Below, piece by piece: positions 8,204 through 16,994 of a DNA stretch of 64,000 nucleotides. Source of the stretch: Actinomycetota bacterium (GTDB taxonomy: Bacteria > Actinomycetota > Acidimicrobiia > Acidimicrobiales > Ilumatobacteraceae); assembly GCA_039177505.1 (NCBI GenBank), contig JBCDFR010000011.1:4536-68535 (forward strand), in the 5' to 3' direction. The notes under the pieces are model-generated. The model did not search any database. It was not told where the DNA came from and saw only the letters and a program-made list of their open reading frames with translations. Position 1 is the first letter of the stretch. Each line of letters starts with the position of its first letter. A program made the translations under genes and the position numbers.

Positions 8204-9376
8204 GTGCTCGGCTCAAGCGGGACCGGACCGACGTGCAAGTGTTGGTGTGTGATCCTCGACACGCTCGACATCGACACTGATGCCTTCTTGGCGGGCACCG
8301 GCTGGCAGATCAAACCCGAAGGCGCCTGCAAGGGCGAGGTCTGTGTGCCGCTCCCTGACGGGTTCTCGCTCGAGCACGCCGCGCAACGACTGGGCATGGC
8401 GTTGGTCGCCGATGAGTCCACCGGCCGCTGGGCGCTCGGTCCGGAATCGCTGAACGGCCAAGCGCTCGTCACTGCCGAGGCCCCCGATTTGGTGCTCGAC
8501 GACATCGATGGCAACGAGTTCCGCCTGTCGTCGTTGCGCGGCAAGAAGGTGGTGCTCGTCGCCTGGGCGCCGTATTGAGGCTGTCGTTATGACCTGCCCG
8601 GGTGGCAGGCACTGCACGAGGAACTGAGCCCGCACGGTGTCGAGATCGTCACGGTGTCGTTGGAACTGAGTGGGCCTGAGGTGTCGCGGCCGTTCATCGA
8701 TGCGGCATCGCCCAGTCATCCGTCACTGTTGGATCCGACACACCAGATGGACGCGTTGTTTGGAGTGGTCAACATCCCCAACGTCATCTGGATCGACGAA
8801 CAGGGCATCATCGTCCGGTCTGCAGAGCCCGGGTTCCCGGGGGGCGACCACTACCCCGATTGGCTGCGCTCGTTCCTCGACGAACGCGACGCGGCGGCCG
8901 AAGCCAAGGCGGCCGAGATCGAAGCAACCGATCCAGAGCTTGCGGCCAAGATGCGCGGCGGTCAGGATCAGCAGTCGTACGCCGACGCGCTTCGAGACTG
9001 GGCAACCAACGGCGCCGAGAGCCGATTCGCGATGTCCCCAGACGAGGTCATCGCCGCGTCACAGCCGCGTCCCGCTGCTGTGTCGGAAGCCGCGGCGCAC
9101 TTCGAACTGGCCAACGACTTGTGGCGCCGCGACGATCGTGACGCGGCGATTCCGCACTTCAACGCCGCCCACCGCCTGCAGCCCGACAACTGGACCTACA
9201 AGCGTCAGGCCTGGTCGCTGGTCGGCAACGAGCGCGCCGGTGGCGGAGAACTCGGTCGCTTCAATCAAGGTCCCCTGCCCGGCGAAGAAAACGACTGGCC
9301 CTTCGACGGCAACTTCACCGAAGAAGCTGGCAGCACTCCGGCCGGCGACTATTACCCCAAGACCCTTGACCTCTGA
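8204..9376 (+). CDS. Candidate selenoprotein: ResA/TlpA-like thioredoxin-fold protein with in-frame TGA (8576-8578) at the active site, plus C-terminal helical/TPR-like extension
   Basis: Track ORFs 8204..8578 and 8654..9376 share a frame (450 nt apart), and 8579-8653 has no stop. The joined product reads ...GKKVVLVAWAPY-[TGA]-GCRYDLPGWQALHEELSPHGVEIVTVSLE...LFGVVNIPNVIWIDEQGIIVR. The start is uncertain (GTG 8204 or GTG 8249). The alternative reading is a pseudogene. Confidence 0.6.
8590..8611 (+). promoter_or_regulatory. Putative bacterial SECIS-like hairpin downstream of TGA 8576
   Basis: Pairs are t8590-a8611 and g8591-c8610, then a bulged a8592, then c8593-c8598 paired with g8604-g8609 (CCTGCC/GGCAGG). 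The loop at 8599-8603 is CGGGT. An 11-nt spacer (8579-8589) separates it from the TGA. Folded by eye only. Confidence 0.45.
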
Positions 9377-9451
9377 GCGGCGACAACCTCCCCGGGTACA
9401 CCGAACCCACAGATCGTGTTGGTCGGTCCGCTCGGCGCGGCCTCCCGTAGG

Positions 9452-9874
9452 TCAGGCACGGCGAAGTGCTCTTCGGGCTACCGGGCCCCAGCGCGCCGTG
9501 TGCGAACTCCGGAGTCGGCGGGACACGACATGGCCGGCTCGACGCAACGCCTTGCTTCGTCGCTTTGCTGCGTCGACCGCCGGAGCCGCATCGGCAGCGC
9601 CCGCCAAGCAACCTTCTGCGACGGCGGCGACGAAACGCTTCTGACGCTTCTTCGAGCGGACCTTGTTGACAACAACGGCTCGACCGCGGGAATCAATGAC
9701 GACGGCTACCGGTCCATGGCAGACACCGAGACACGGTGATTGAGCGATCTTCACCGAGGCGTTCTCGAGGCGCCGCACCAGCGTGCGGTAGGCATCACAC
9801 TGGTCCTTGGCACAGTCGCTCCCGCGACACACCACAACCGACAGCGGTGCATCAGATCGACCGCCGTCACCCAT
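9452..9874 (-). CDS. Thioredoxin-like [2Fe-2S] ferredoxin-domain protein with strongly basic C-terminal tail
   Basis: ATG 9874 gives MGDGGRS. The Cys pattern is C-x4-C (CRGSDC), then 26 residues, then C-x3-C (CLGVC), as in NuoE/thioredoxin-like ferredoxins. The tail is rich in K/R (KVRSKKRQKR...RRALRRA). Confidence 0.55.
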   Translation of the reverse strand: MGDGGRSDAPLSVVVCRGSDCAKDQCDAYRTLVRRLENASVKIAQSPCLGVCHGPVAVVIDSRGRAVVVNKVRSKKRQKRFVAAVAEGCLAGAADAAPAVDAAKRRSKALRRAGHVVSRRLRSSHTARWGPVARRALRRA

Positions 9875-9957
9875 GACGAGTACCCCGTCGGTGCCAGTGC
9901 ACACAAGGAACCAGACGTTGGAATGCCGCCACCACGTGATCAGTCAACACCGTGGCA

Positions 9958-10377
9958 CTACCGCGTGAACAATCGAACGACGAGATAAACGACCACGAAC
10001 GGCAGCCCGACGCGGAAGACCAAGACGACCAGCGTCAGCACCCAGTCCTGTGCCGACCCAATCACCTCAGCGACTGGCACCTCGCGCCCATCAGCGAACC
10101 GACAAGACGCGGGTTGACCGCCGTTCGCAACGTCGGCATCACCCTGTTGGATCGCCACCACATCGCCCTCGCGACGACACAACGGCTCGTACACAACGCG
10201 GTTCACCAACCACGTCGCACCCAGCACGATCGGCACGTAGGTGACCACGAAGAACCCAAGGATCCACACCGCACGCCGACCGCTCGGACGGCTAACCCCA
10301 GAGCCGGAGTGTGCTGCACTGCCGGCCGCTACGGCTGCGGCGCGTTCGTCGGCGTCGAGGCCCTCGAACGAATCCAT
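9958..10377 (-). CDS. Hypothetical membrane protein (2 predicted TM segments)
   Basis: ATG 10377 lies 2 nt after the stop of the upstream gene. Hydrophobic segments are AVWILGFFVVTYVPIVLGATWLV and WVLTLVVLVFRVGLPFVVVYLVV. No family recognised. Confidence 0.5.
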   Translation of the reverse strand: MDSFEGLDADERAAAVAAGSAAHSGSGVSRPSGRRAVWILGFFVVTYVPIVLGATWLVNRVVYEPLCRREGDVVAIQQGDADVANGGQPASCRFADGREVPVAEVIGSAQDWVLTLVVLVFRVGLPFVVVYLVVRLFTR

Positions 10378-10379
10378 GC

Positions 10380-11834
10380 TCACAACGGCCCTCCGAGCCC
10401 CTCGCCGCACACCCTGGCGGCGTTTGCAACCGAGCAGTTGACCCCGTCGCCCCCGGCGATCGACTCATTCTCACCGACCGCCTGGTTCATGAACCCACCA
10501 GCCACCGAGGTGCGCTCGCCGGCGGCGGGGTTGTTTGCACCGCCCGACACCGACGAGGCGACGCTGACCGCGTCATTGTTCGATCCGCCCGACACCGACG
10601 ATCCGCTGTTTGTTGCCTGGTTGTTGAGGCCGCCGGACACCGAGGAATGCTCGCCCGACGCAACGTTGCCGGAACCCCCCGACACAGATGCATTGCTCCC
10701 TGACGCAGTGTTCTCTTCACCACCGCTCACCGACGAACGGAAACCCTCTGCCTCATTGCGTCGTCCCCCGCTGACCAAGGAGTGCTCGCCCGAAGCGCTG
10801 TTTTGGTAGCCGCCCGAGACGGTGGCGTAGTTCGACGTGCTGTCGTTCTCGTCGCCGCCGAACACACTCGCATACGGCGAATTGGACGTGTTCCGTGCTC
10901 CGCCCGTCACGACGGACCACTGGCCGGACGCCGTGTTGCTGAGACCGCCGACGACACTTGCATAACCGCTGCCAATCGAGTTGCTGGCACCGGCGACGAC
11001 CCCGGAGTGCGATGTCCAATCGTTGTCGGTGCCGACGATGAAGTTGTGACTCCCGACCCGTGACTCCGGGGTCAGCAGATCCTCGTTGTAGCCGATGATC
11101 AGATTGCCTTCGCCGTTGCAGACCGGGACGCTGTTGATCGAACACTCCGTCGTCCCGTTGCCGTTCACCACCTGGACGTTCATTCCGGTGAACCGCAACG
11201 TGTCACGACCGTCGACCTCGAGTCGGTTGACGCCCTCGAGTCGACCGAGCAACGTGTCTAGCTCGGCCTCGACGGCGCTGAGGCGGGTGTGGAGTTCGCT
11301 CAGACTGGCCGTCGAGTAATACCCGACCACATCACCAACCACCGACACCTCACCGTTCTGATTGAACAACTTGACCGCCCCCGACGGCGACAACGACACA
11401 TCCACCTTGTTCGGAAAGGGCGCCTGACCCGCTGAAAAATTCAGATTCGAAATCAACGGCACGTCCACCAGATCCGCCGGAAACAACCGCACATTCGACT
11501 GCGCGGTCGGATTCACCGCCGTCACATTCATCGCCACCCCCGCAGCGTCGCTGGGAATCGCCAGTTCACCCACACACTCACCAACACCGCCGGTGATCTG
11601 CTGCGTAAACACCTCACCAGCACCCAGCGGTGTCGACCGCGGACCGACCTGATTCGGCGCTGACCGATAGTCAAACGCCCGACACCCAGCCGTCGGCACA
11701 AACGTCGCATCCGACTCACCCGGCGCCGCATCCACACGCCACGCCGCCAACACGATCGCCGCAACGACCGCTCCGACCAGCGCCGCAGTGACCAACCAGA
11801 CCACCGAACGCACACGAACCACTGCTACGGACAT
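10380..11834 (-). CDS. N-terminally anchored surface protein: conserved actinobacterial beta-rich domain, coiled coil, and YadA-head/Hep_Hag-like repeat array
   Basis: ATG 11834 gives MSVAVVRVRSVVWLVTAALVGAVVAAIVLAAW (signal anchor). Domain ending ...VSVVGDVVGYY; coiled coil LSELHTRLSAVEAELDTLLGRLEG; about 13 repeats of S-x-V-S-G-G-x-x-N-x-A-S-G-x. Three Cys pairs are present. Confidence 0.75.
   Translation of the reverse strand: MSVAVVRVRSVVWLVTAALVGAVVAAIVLAAWRVDAAPGESDATFVPTAGCRAFDYRSAPNQVGPRSTPLGAGEVFTQQITGGVGECVGELAIPSDAAGVAMNVTAVNPTAQSNVRLFPADLVDVPLISNLNFSAGQAPFPNKVDVSLSPSGAVKLFNQNGEVSVVGDVVGYYSTASLSELHTRLSAVEAELDTLLGRLEGVNRLEVDGRDTLRFTGMNVQVVNGNGTTECSINSVPVCNGEGNLIIGYNEDLLTPESRVGSHNFIVGTDNDWTSHSGVVAGASNSIGSGYASVVGGLSNTASGQWSVVTGGARNTSNSPYASVFGGDENDSTSNYATVSGGYQNSASGEHSLVSGGRRNEAEGFRSSVSGGEENTASGSNASVSGGSGNVASGEHSSVSGGLNNQATNSGSSVSGGSNNDAVSVASSVSGGANNPAAGERTSVAGGFMNQAVGENESIAGGDGVNCSVANAARVCGEGLGGPL
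10437..11006 (-). repeat. Coding tandem array of about 13 units of 14-16 residues (42-48 nt), consensus SSVSGGxxNxASGxx
   Basis: Residues 277-466 of the 10380..11834 product. The repeated DNA words ccgcccgacaccgac / ccgccggacaccgag are visible on the + strand. Confidence 0.85.
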
Positions 11835-11971
11835 CGCCGTTCCCCTCCATCTCCGAACGCCGACGATCGGCGCCGATGCCACAGAACCCGAGGAGCGGCT
11901 CACCCGCCTGAGCAACCGTTACTCAAGTTGCGATATCGGGGCAACGCACGGTGCCGTAACATCGACCGGCG

Positions 11972-14602
11972 GTGGGTTTGGTGATCGGTCGAGACGATGA
12001 ACTAGCGCTGGCGCTGACGACCGTGGCCGAGCGGCCGGGGTGCGTCGTCATCACCGGCGCGGCGGGCGTCGGCAAGACACACCTCGCCGGCGCCATCGGC
12101 GACGCGCTCCGTTCCGACGGGATTGACGTCGCCCGGATCACGGGAACACTGTCCTCGTCGTCCGTTCCGCTCGGCGCCTTGGCCCCGCTGCTCCCGACGA
12201 TGCCTGCGAACCCCGACATGGAGAACGCGGCTGCCGGTGCCGGCACGCTGCTGCTGCTGCAACATGCGACCGACAACCTCATCCGTGCCCAGGACGATTC
12301 GCAGCGCCGCGCACTCATCATCGACGACGCGCAACATCTCGACCTGACATCGGCGATCGTCATCGCCCAACTCGCTGCCGATCAGACGATCACGACCATC
12401 TTGACCGTGCGCACAGGAGATCCGACGCCCGACCCGATCACCGCGCTCGGTACCAATGGCGCAGCAGCACGGATCCATCTCGACCCACTCGACGAAGCCG
12501 ACAGCGCACGATTCGCAGCCGGTGTCCTCGGCGCCCCGCTCGACGGAGCGTCATCGCACCGCCTGTTCGCGCTCGGTGCCGGCAACCCGCTGTTCGTGGA
12601 GGAGTTGCTGGCGAGTGCGCTGCGAGACTCGGCACTCACCGAATCAGACGGCCGGTGGCGGTTGCACGAACGCTGGCGACCGTCGATTCGAGGTGGCCGC
12701 GTCTCCGATCTCGTCCGCGCCCGCCTCGACCAGCTCGACGACAAACATCGCGAGTGCGTCGAGCTGATCGCATTGTCCGAGCCGGTCGCTCTGAGCGAGG
12801 CCGAACGCCTCGTCGATACCGAAGCGCTCGAAGCGCTCGAAGTCGCCGAGCTCGTCGCGGTCCGCCACGACAACGTGGAGATCCGGCACCCCCTCGTCGG
12901 CGAGGTCGTACGCGCCGGGCTCGCCGTGACACGCCGACGGCGGCTGTACGGCCTGCTCGCGGAACGATCGAACCCCGTCGTCGAAGACGACATCGACATG
13001 ATGCGTCATGCGCTGTGGGTACTCGAGTCCGGCACCGTCGATCGGCCCTTGTTTGCGGCAGCCACCAAGTTCGCCCGGTTCGCCGACGACTATCCGGTCG
13101 GACTGCGGTTCGCGGAGGCGATCGTCGCAGAAAGCGAGCACTTCGAGGCTGCCGTCCTCGCCGGCGAGATGGCCTATCAGCTCGGCGACCACAAGGCCAG
13201 CGAGGCCTGGCTCCAACGCGCCGCACGAGTCGCACACGGCCCCGACGAGGAAGCGCTGGTGGTCATCAATCAGCTCTCGACCGTGTACTGGGGGCTCGCC
13301 GATTGGGAGCTGTGCACGTCATTGGTCGACGAGTTTCGAGATCGACATCCCGACAGTGACTGGGCAGGCGACCTGGAAGGACTGCTCGGCACGCTGTGCA
13401 TGTTCAACGGCGAGCCCGACGAGGCACTCCGACGCATCGTGCCGCTCCGTCGGCGCAACGATCAGCGCGCCAGAGTCGAAGTGGCGTTCGTAAGTGCGCC
13501 AGCCCTCGGCCAGAAGGGACGCACCGACGAGGCGGTGGCGGTCGCGGAGCGGGGATTCTCCGAACACGTCGAACTCGGTGAGCAAGTCGGGCTCGGCGCA
13601 TCGGGGAACCACATGATGACCATGCTCAGCGCGCAGTCGAACGGCGGCCGTCTAGCAACGGCAGAGCAGCTCGGCCAGACCATCTACGACGTGGTGCGTC
13701 GCTCGTGGCAGCCGATGTCGATCGCCATCGTGGCCTACACGAACGGCCGCACCGACCTCGCCCGCGGACGTCCGGCGGCCGCCGCACAGTGGTTTCGAGA
13801 GGGCGCCGCGACCGCCCGCGGACCACAGAACCGCGACTCGTTGCGGTGGTGTCTCGGAGGGTTGGCCCTGGCCTTGGCACGCGTCGGCGCAACCGAGCTC
13901 GGACAGGAAGCGTTGGAGGAGGCATTGGCGCTCGACGGTCTGGCACGGTTGAGCGACATCGACATCGAACGCGCTACGGCGCAGCTGCGTGTTAACGCAG
14001 GCGACCTTGCTGCTGCGTCGGCGGGTCTGATCGAAGCCGCAGCGCGCTGGCGCGAGAACGGCCACGCGATCAACGAGGCCGAAGCGCTCCACGCGCTGGT
14101 CTCGATCGGCGAGCCCGATCTCGCGGCAGCGCGGCTCGCCGAGCTCGCCGCGGAGTCCGACGCCGAGGCGATCACGGTGCCAGCTCGGCATGCCGCAGCG
14201 GCGCTCGCCGCCGACATCGACGCGCTCGAGCAGGTCGCCCACGACTATCTCGCGCACGGAGCCGAGTTCTCCGCTGCTGAGGCGTTGGCCGGTGCCGCGC
14301 ACCACGCACGTGCCGGCGGAGATGTGCGCCGAGCGACCGGGCTGACCACCCGGTCGCGCTCGATCGCGCAGCGCTGCGAAGGATCGATCAACCCGGTACT
14401 GATGACCGGCGAAGAACCGACACCACTGACCAAGCGCGAGCGTGAGATCGCACTTCTCGCCGCGAACGGCATGCGCAGCAAACAGATCGCCGAAACACTG
14501 ACGCTGTCGGTGCGTACCGTCGACAATCACCTCCAGAACGTCTACACCAAACTCGGCATCAGCGATCGCGCCGACCTCCCCGACGCGCTCACGCCCTCCT
14601 GA
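11972..14602 (+). CDS. LAL-type (large ATP-binding LuxR-family) transcriptional regulator
   Basis: N-terminal Walker A VVITGAAGVGKTHLA, Walker B-like ALIIDDAQHLD, a long helical middle region, and a C-terminal LuxR HTH LTKREREIALLAANGMRSKQIAETLTLSVRTVDNHLQNVYTKLGI. Confidence 0.9.
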   Translation: MGLVIGRDDELALALTTVAERPGCVVITGAAGVGKTHLAGAIGDALRSDGIDVARITGTLSSSSVPLGALAPLLPTMPANPDMENAAAGAGTLLLLQHATDNLIRAQDDSQRRALIIDDAQHLDLTSAIVIAQLAADQTITTILTVRTGDPTPDPITALGTNGAAARIHLDPLDEADSARFAAGVLGAPLDGASSHRLFALGAGNPLFVEELLASALRDSALTESDGRWRLHERWRPSIRGGRVSDLVRARLDQLDDKHRECVELIALSEPVALSEAERLVDTEALEALEVAELVAVRHDNVEIRHPLVGEVVRAGLAVTRRRRLYGLLAERSNPVVEDDIDMMRHALWVLESGTVDRPLFAAATKFARFADDYPVGLRFAEAIVAESEHFEAAVLAGEMAYQLGDHKASEAWLQRAARVAHGPDEEALVVINQLSTVYWGLADWELCTSLVDEFRDRHPDSDWAGDLEGLLGTLCMFNGEPDEALRRIVPLRRRNDQRARVEVAFVSAPALGQKGRTDEAVAVAERGFSEHVELGEQVGLGASGNHMMTMLSAQSNGGRLATAEQLGQTIYDVVRRSWQPMSIAIVAYTNGRTDLARGRPAAAAQWFREGAATARGPQNRDSLRWCLGGLALALARVGATELGQEALEEALALDGLARLSDIDIERATAQLRVNAGDLAAASAGLIEAAARWRENGHAINEAEALHALVSIGEPDLAAARLAELAAESDAEAITVPARHAAAALAADIDALEQVAHDYLAHGAEFSAAEALAGAAHHARAGGDVRRATGLTTRSRSIAQRCEGSINPVLMTGEEPTPLTKREREIALLAANGMRSKQIAETLTLSVRTVDNHLQNVYTKLGISDRADLPDALTPS

Positions 14603-14700
14603 AATACCGGGGATTCCGTGCGAATTTCTCACGTTCTCGCGAACAGAACGCGCTCTCGCGCTCGCGGTGCTGCACGTGCCACACCGGGCGAGCGCACCCC

Positions 14701-14841
14701 CGACGAGACATCCCGGCTGTACTGACCGCGATCGAGAGCGGCTTCGACCCCGACGTCGTGACCACCGACGTCGTGCCCTGGGACGACGCCGCAGAGGCGC
14801 TCGCCGACCCGTCGATGAAGATGGTCATCGAGCGGAACTGA
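14701..14841 (+). pseudogene. Remnant of the C-terminus of a Zn-dependent alcohol dehydrogenase-like gene
   Basis: The frame ending at TGA 14839-14841 reads RRDIPAVLTAIESGFDPDVVTTDVVPWDDAAEALADPSMKMVIERN. This resembles the last ~45 residues of MDR/Zn-ADH enzymes. No catalytic or Rossmann part lies upstream, and there is no plausible start. Confidence 0.4.
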
Positions 14842-14935
14842 TCGGACGATCCCGATCAGCTGATGTGCGGCAGTCACTCGCCCGGCGTGCACGGGTAGCC
14901 GCTCGGATGGTCGAGCAATGCCACGATGACACCCG

Positions 14936-15580
14936 GTGAGCAACCACGAGCAGACCGCACGCACCGTCTATAGCCGATCGGCCGTCGACTACGCCTCGGC
15001 GGTCGGCACGGTTGTCTCGGCAGCCTTCGAGACAGCGACCGACGTCGCGCAGCTCGACGCGTTCGCCGCCGAGTGCCCCGAGGGCGGGCTCGTCGTCGAC
15101 GCAGGGTGCGGCTCCGGCCGCGTCGCACGGCTGCTCGCCGATCGAACCCTCGAGGTGCTCGGGACGGACATCGCGCCCGGCATGATCGATGTCGCCCGTC
15201 ATGCCCACCCCGATCTGCGGTTCGAGGTGGCACCGCTCACACAGCTCCCGATTCGTGCCCAGCACGCGGCTGGTGTCGTGTTCTGGTACTCGATCATTGC
15301 CACGCCACCCGCCGCCCTCGATGTCGTGTGGGTCGAACTCCGACGCGTGCTCGTCGACGGTGGCCGTGCGCTGGTCGGATTTCAATCCGGCGATGGCGAA
15401 GCGGTCTATCGACCCGACGCCTACGGGACCGACACGACCCTCACGCTGTATCGCCACTCGATCGATGTCATCACCGCTGGATTGGACGGCGCCGGTCTCG
15501 AAGTCACAACGGTGGCCTCTCGGGCGCCGCGCTTCGAGCACGAGACGACGCGCCAAGCCTTCGTGCACGCCAGGGCCTGA
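14936..15580 (+). CDS. Class I SAM-dependent methyltransferase
   Basis: GTG 14936. Motif I is [15 protein letters not shown]; the post-I acidic residue is in GTDIAPGMI. Confidence 0.8.
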   Translation: MSNHEQTARTVYSRSAVDYASAVGTVVSAAFETATDVAQLDAFAAECPEGGLVVDAGCGSGRVARLLADRTLEVLGTDIAPGMIDVARHAHPDLRFEVAPLTQLPIRAQHAAGVVFWYSIIATPPAALDVVWVELRRVLVDGGRALVGFQSGDGEAVYRPDAYGTDTTLTLYRHSIDVITAGLDGAGLEVTTVASRAPRFEHETTRQAFVHARA

Positions 15581-15651
15581 CCACTCGGCACCACCCGGCC
15601 CCGTGCGAGTCCCACCTCGGATTCGCCACACAGCGCCGTAGGGTGCCCCGA

Positions 15652-16968
15652 ATGCAGGCGGGGCGTTGGCCGTTCGATCCCCGCCGGGTGGGCTTCTACT
15701 ACGGATGGGTCATCCTCGTCGCCGCCACGATCGGCGCGGTGGCCTCGATCCCCGGCCAGACCGCCGGGGTCAGCGTGTTCACCGACGATCTGACCGATAC
15801 GACCGGACTGACCCGTCTCCAACTGTCGATCGCCTACTTGATCGGTACGGGCTCGAGCGGCGTGCTGCTCGGCTACGGAGGAACGGCGATCGATCGATAC
15901 GGCTCGAGAGTGGTCGCCTTCGTCGCCACGATCGGACTAGCCGCCACGACACTGGCGTTGAGCTTCGTCGGGCCGATGGGGACCGTCACGGGACTGATCG
16001 TGATGAGTCTCGGGTTCGGCGCGCTGCGCTTCACCGGCCAAGGTCTCCTCACATTGTCGTCGCGCACGATGCTCGCCCAATGGTTCGACCGGCGACGCGG
16101 CCTGGTCAGTTCGATCTCGACGTCGATCGTCAGCTTCTCGTTCGCCGCATCACCGGCGCTGTTGTTCGCGTTGATCGACATCGACGGGTTCCGAACCGCA
16201 TGGCGACTCATCGCCGTCGGACTCGTCGCGATCGTCGGAACGGTGATCGTCGTGCTGTTCAGGGTGAGTCCGGAAGCGTCGGGGTTGACCATCGATGGGG
16301 GCGGCACGCCGACCGATGCGGACGTCGAGATCCCGTCGCCGATGATCGGTACCGACGAGGATGCGACCCGCGACGAAGCGGTCCGTGACATCCGATTCTG
16401 GGCGCTCACGCTTCCGGTCGTCGCGCTCGCGTCGACGGCGACAGCCCTCACGTTCCACATCGTCGACATCGGCGCCCAACAGGGACTTGGCGAGGAACAG
16501 ATCGTGCGTATCTTCGTGCCGATCGCCTTCGTCAGCGTGCCGATCACCCTGCTCACCGGCTGGCTGATCGACCGTGTCTCGCCTCTGATGATCGCTGCTG
16601 CAATGGCCGTCGCGCAGCTCGTGATGTACCTCACATTCGACCACCTGAACGCGCCGGTGACGTTCGTGCTGGCGGTGGCTGGGTGGGGGGTCTCCCAAGG
16701 GTGCTTCTCGTCGCTGACCACGGCGGCGATTCCGCGTGTGTTCGGCAGACGACACCTCGGATCGATCGCCGGCGTGCAGATGAGCACCATGGTCATCGGG
16801 AGCGCGATCGGCCCAGCGTTCTTCGCACTCTCGCAGTCGGTCAGCGGCAGCTATCGGCCTGCGTTGTGGGCGTCGACATCGATCCCGATCGCCGCGCTGG
16901 TGCTGATCGTCAAGTCACGATCTGGGTCGACGGTGGATCGACGAGATCCGAGCGCTGCTTCACACTAA
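15652..16968 (+). CDS. MFS transporter
   Basis: ATG 15652 lies within track ORF 15073..16968. About 12 hydrophobic segments with a central hydrophilic loop. The part upstream of 15652 overlaps the methyltransferase out of frame. Confidence 0.8.
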   Translation: MQAGRWPFDPRRVGFYYGWVILVAATIGAVASIPGQTAGVSVFTDDLTDTTGLTRLQLSIAYLIGTGSSGVLLGYGGTAIDRYGSRVVAFVATIGLAATTLALSFVGPMGTVTGLIVMSLGFGALRFTGQGLLTLSSRTMLAQWFDRRRGLVSSISTSIVSFSFAASPALLFALIDIDGFRTAWRLIAVGLVAIVGTVIVVLFRVSPEASGLTIDGGGTPTDADVEIPSPMIGTDEDATRDEAVRDIRFWALTLPVVALASTATALTFHIVDIGAQQGLGEEQIVRIFVPIAFVSVPITLLTGWLIDRVSPLMIAAAMAVAQLVMYLTFDHLNAPVTFVLAVAGWGVSQGCFSSLTTAAIPRVFGRRHLGSIAGVQMSTMVIGSAIGPAFFALSQSVSGSYRPALWASTSIPIAALVLIVKSRSGSTVDRRDPSAASH

Positions 16969-16994
16969 CCGTTCAGCACACCTACGATCCCCGA

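Noticed and set aside
8654-9376. Stand-alone gene model starting at GTG 8654
   Set aside because: It would begin in the middle of a thioredoxin fold, after the active site and helix 1. It is in frame with 8204..8578 across an uninterrupted 75-nt stretch. I therefore treat it as part of one TGA-containing gene, either recoded or a pseudogene.
8670-9644. 324-aa + strand ORF in an alternative frame
   Set aside because: The product is Arg/Pro/Ser/Thr-rich without motifs. It overlaps a frame with clear protein-like sequence.
10437-11006. Regular 42-48-nt DNA periodicity that could be mistaken for a CRISPR or non-coding repeat array
   Set aside because: The periodicity sits inside an open reading frame and translates into a coherent protein repeat (SSVSGGxxNxASG). 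There is no repeat-spacer architecture.
13652-14632. 326-aa minus-strand ORF (and 12636..13235, 12644..13237, 12382..12999)
   Set aside because: These are antisense to the LAL/LuxR regulator, whose Walker and HTH motifs fix the coding strand.
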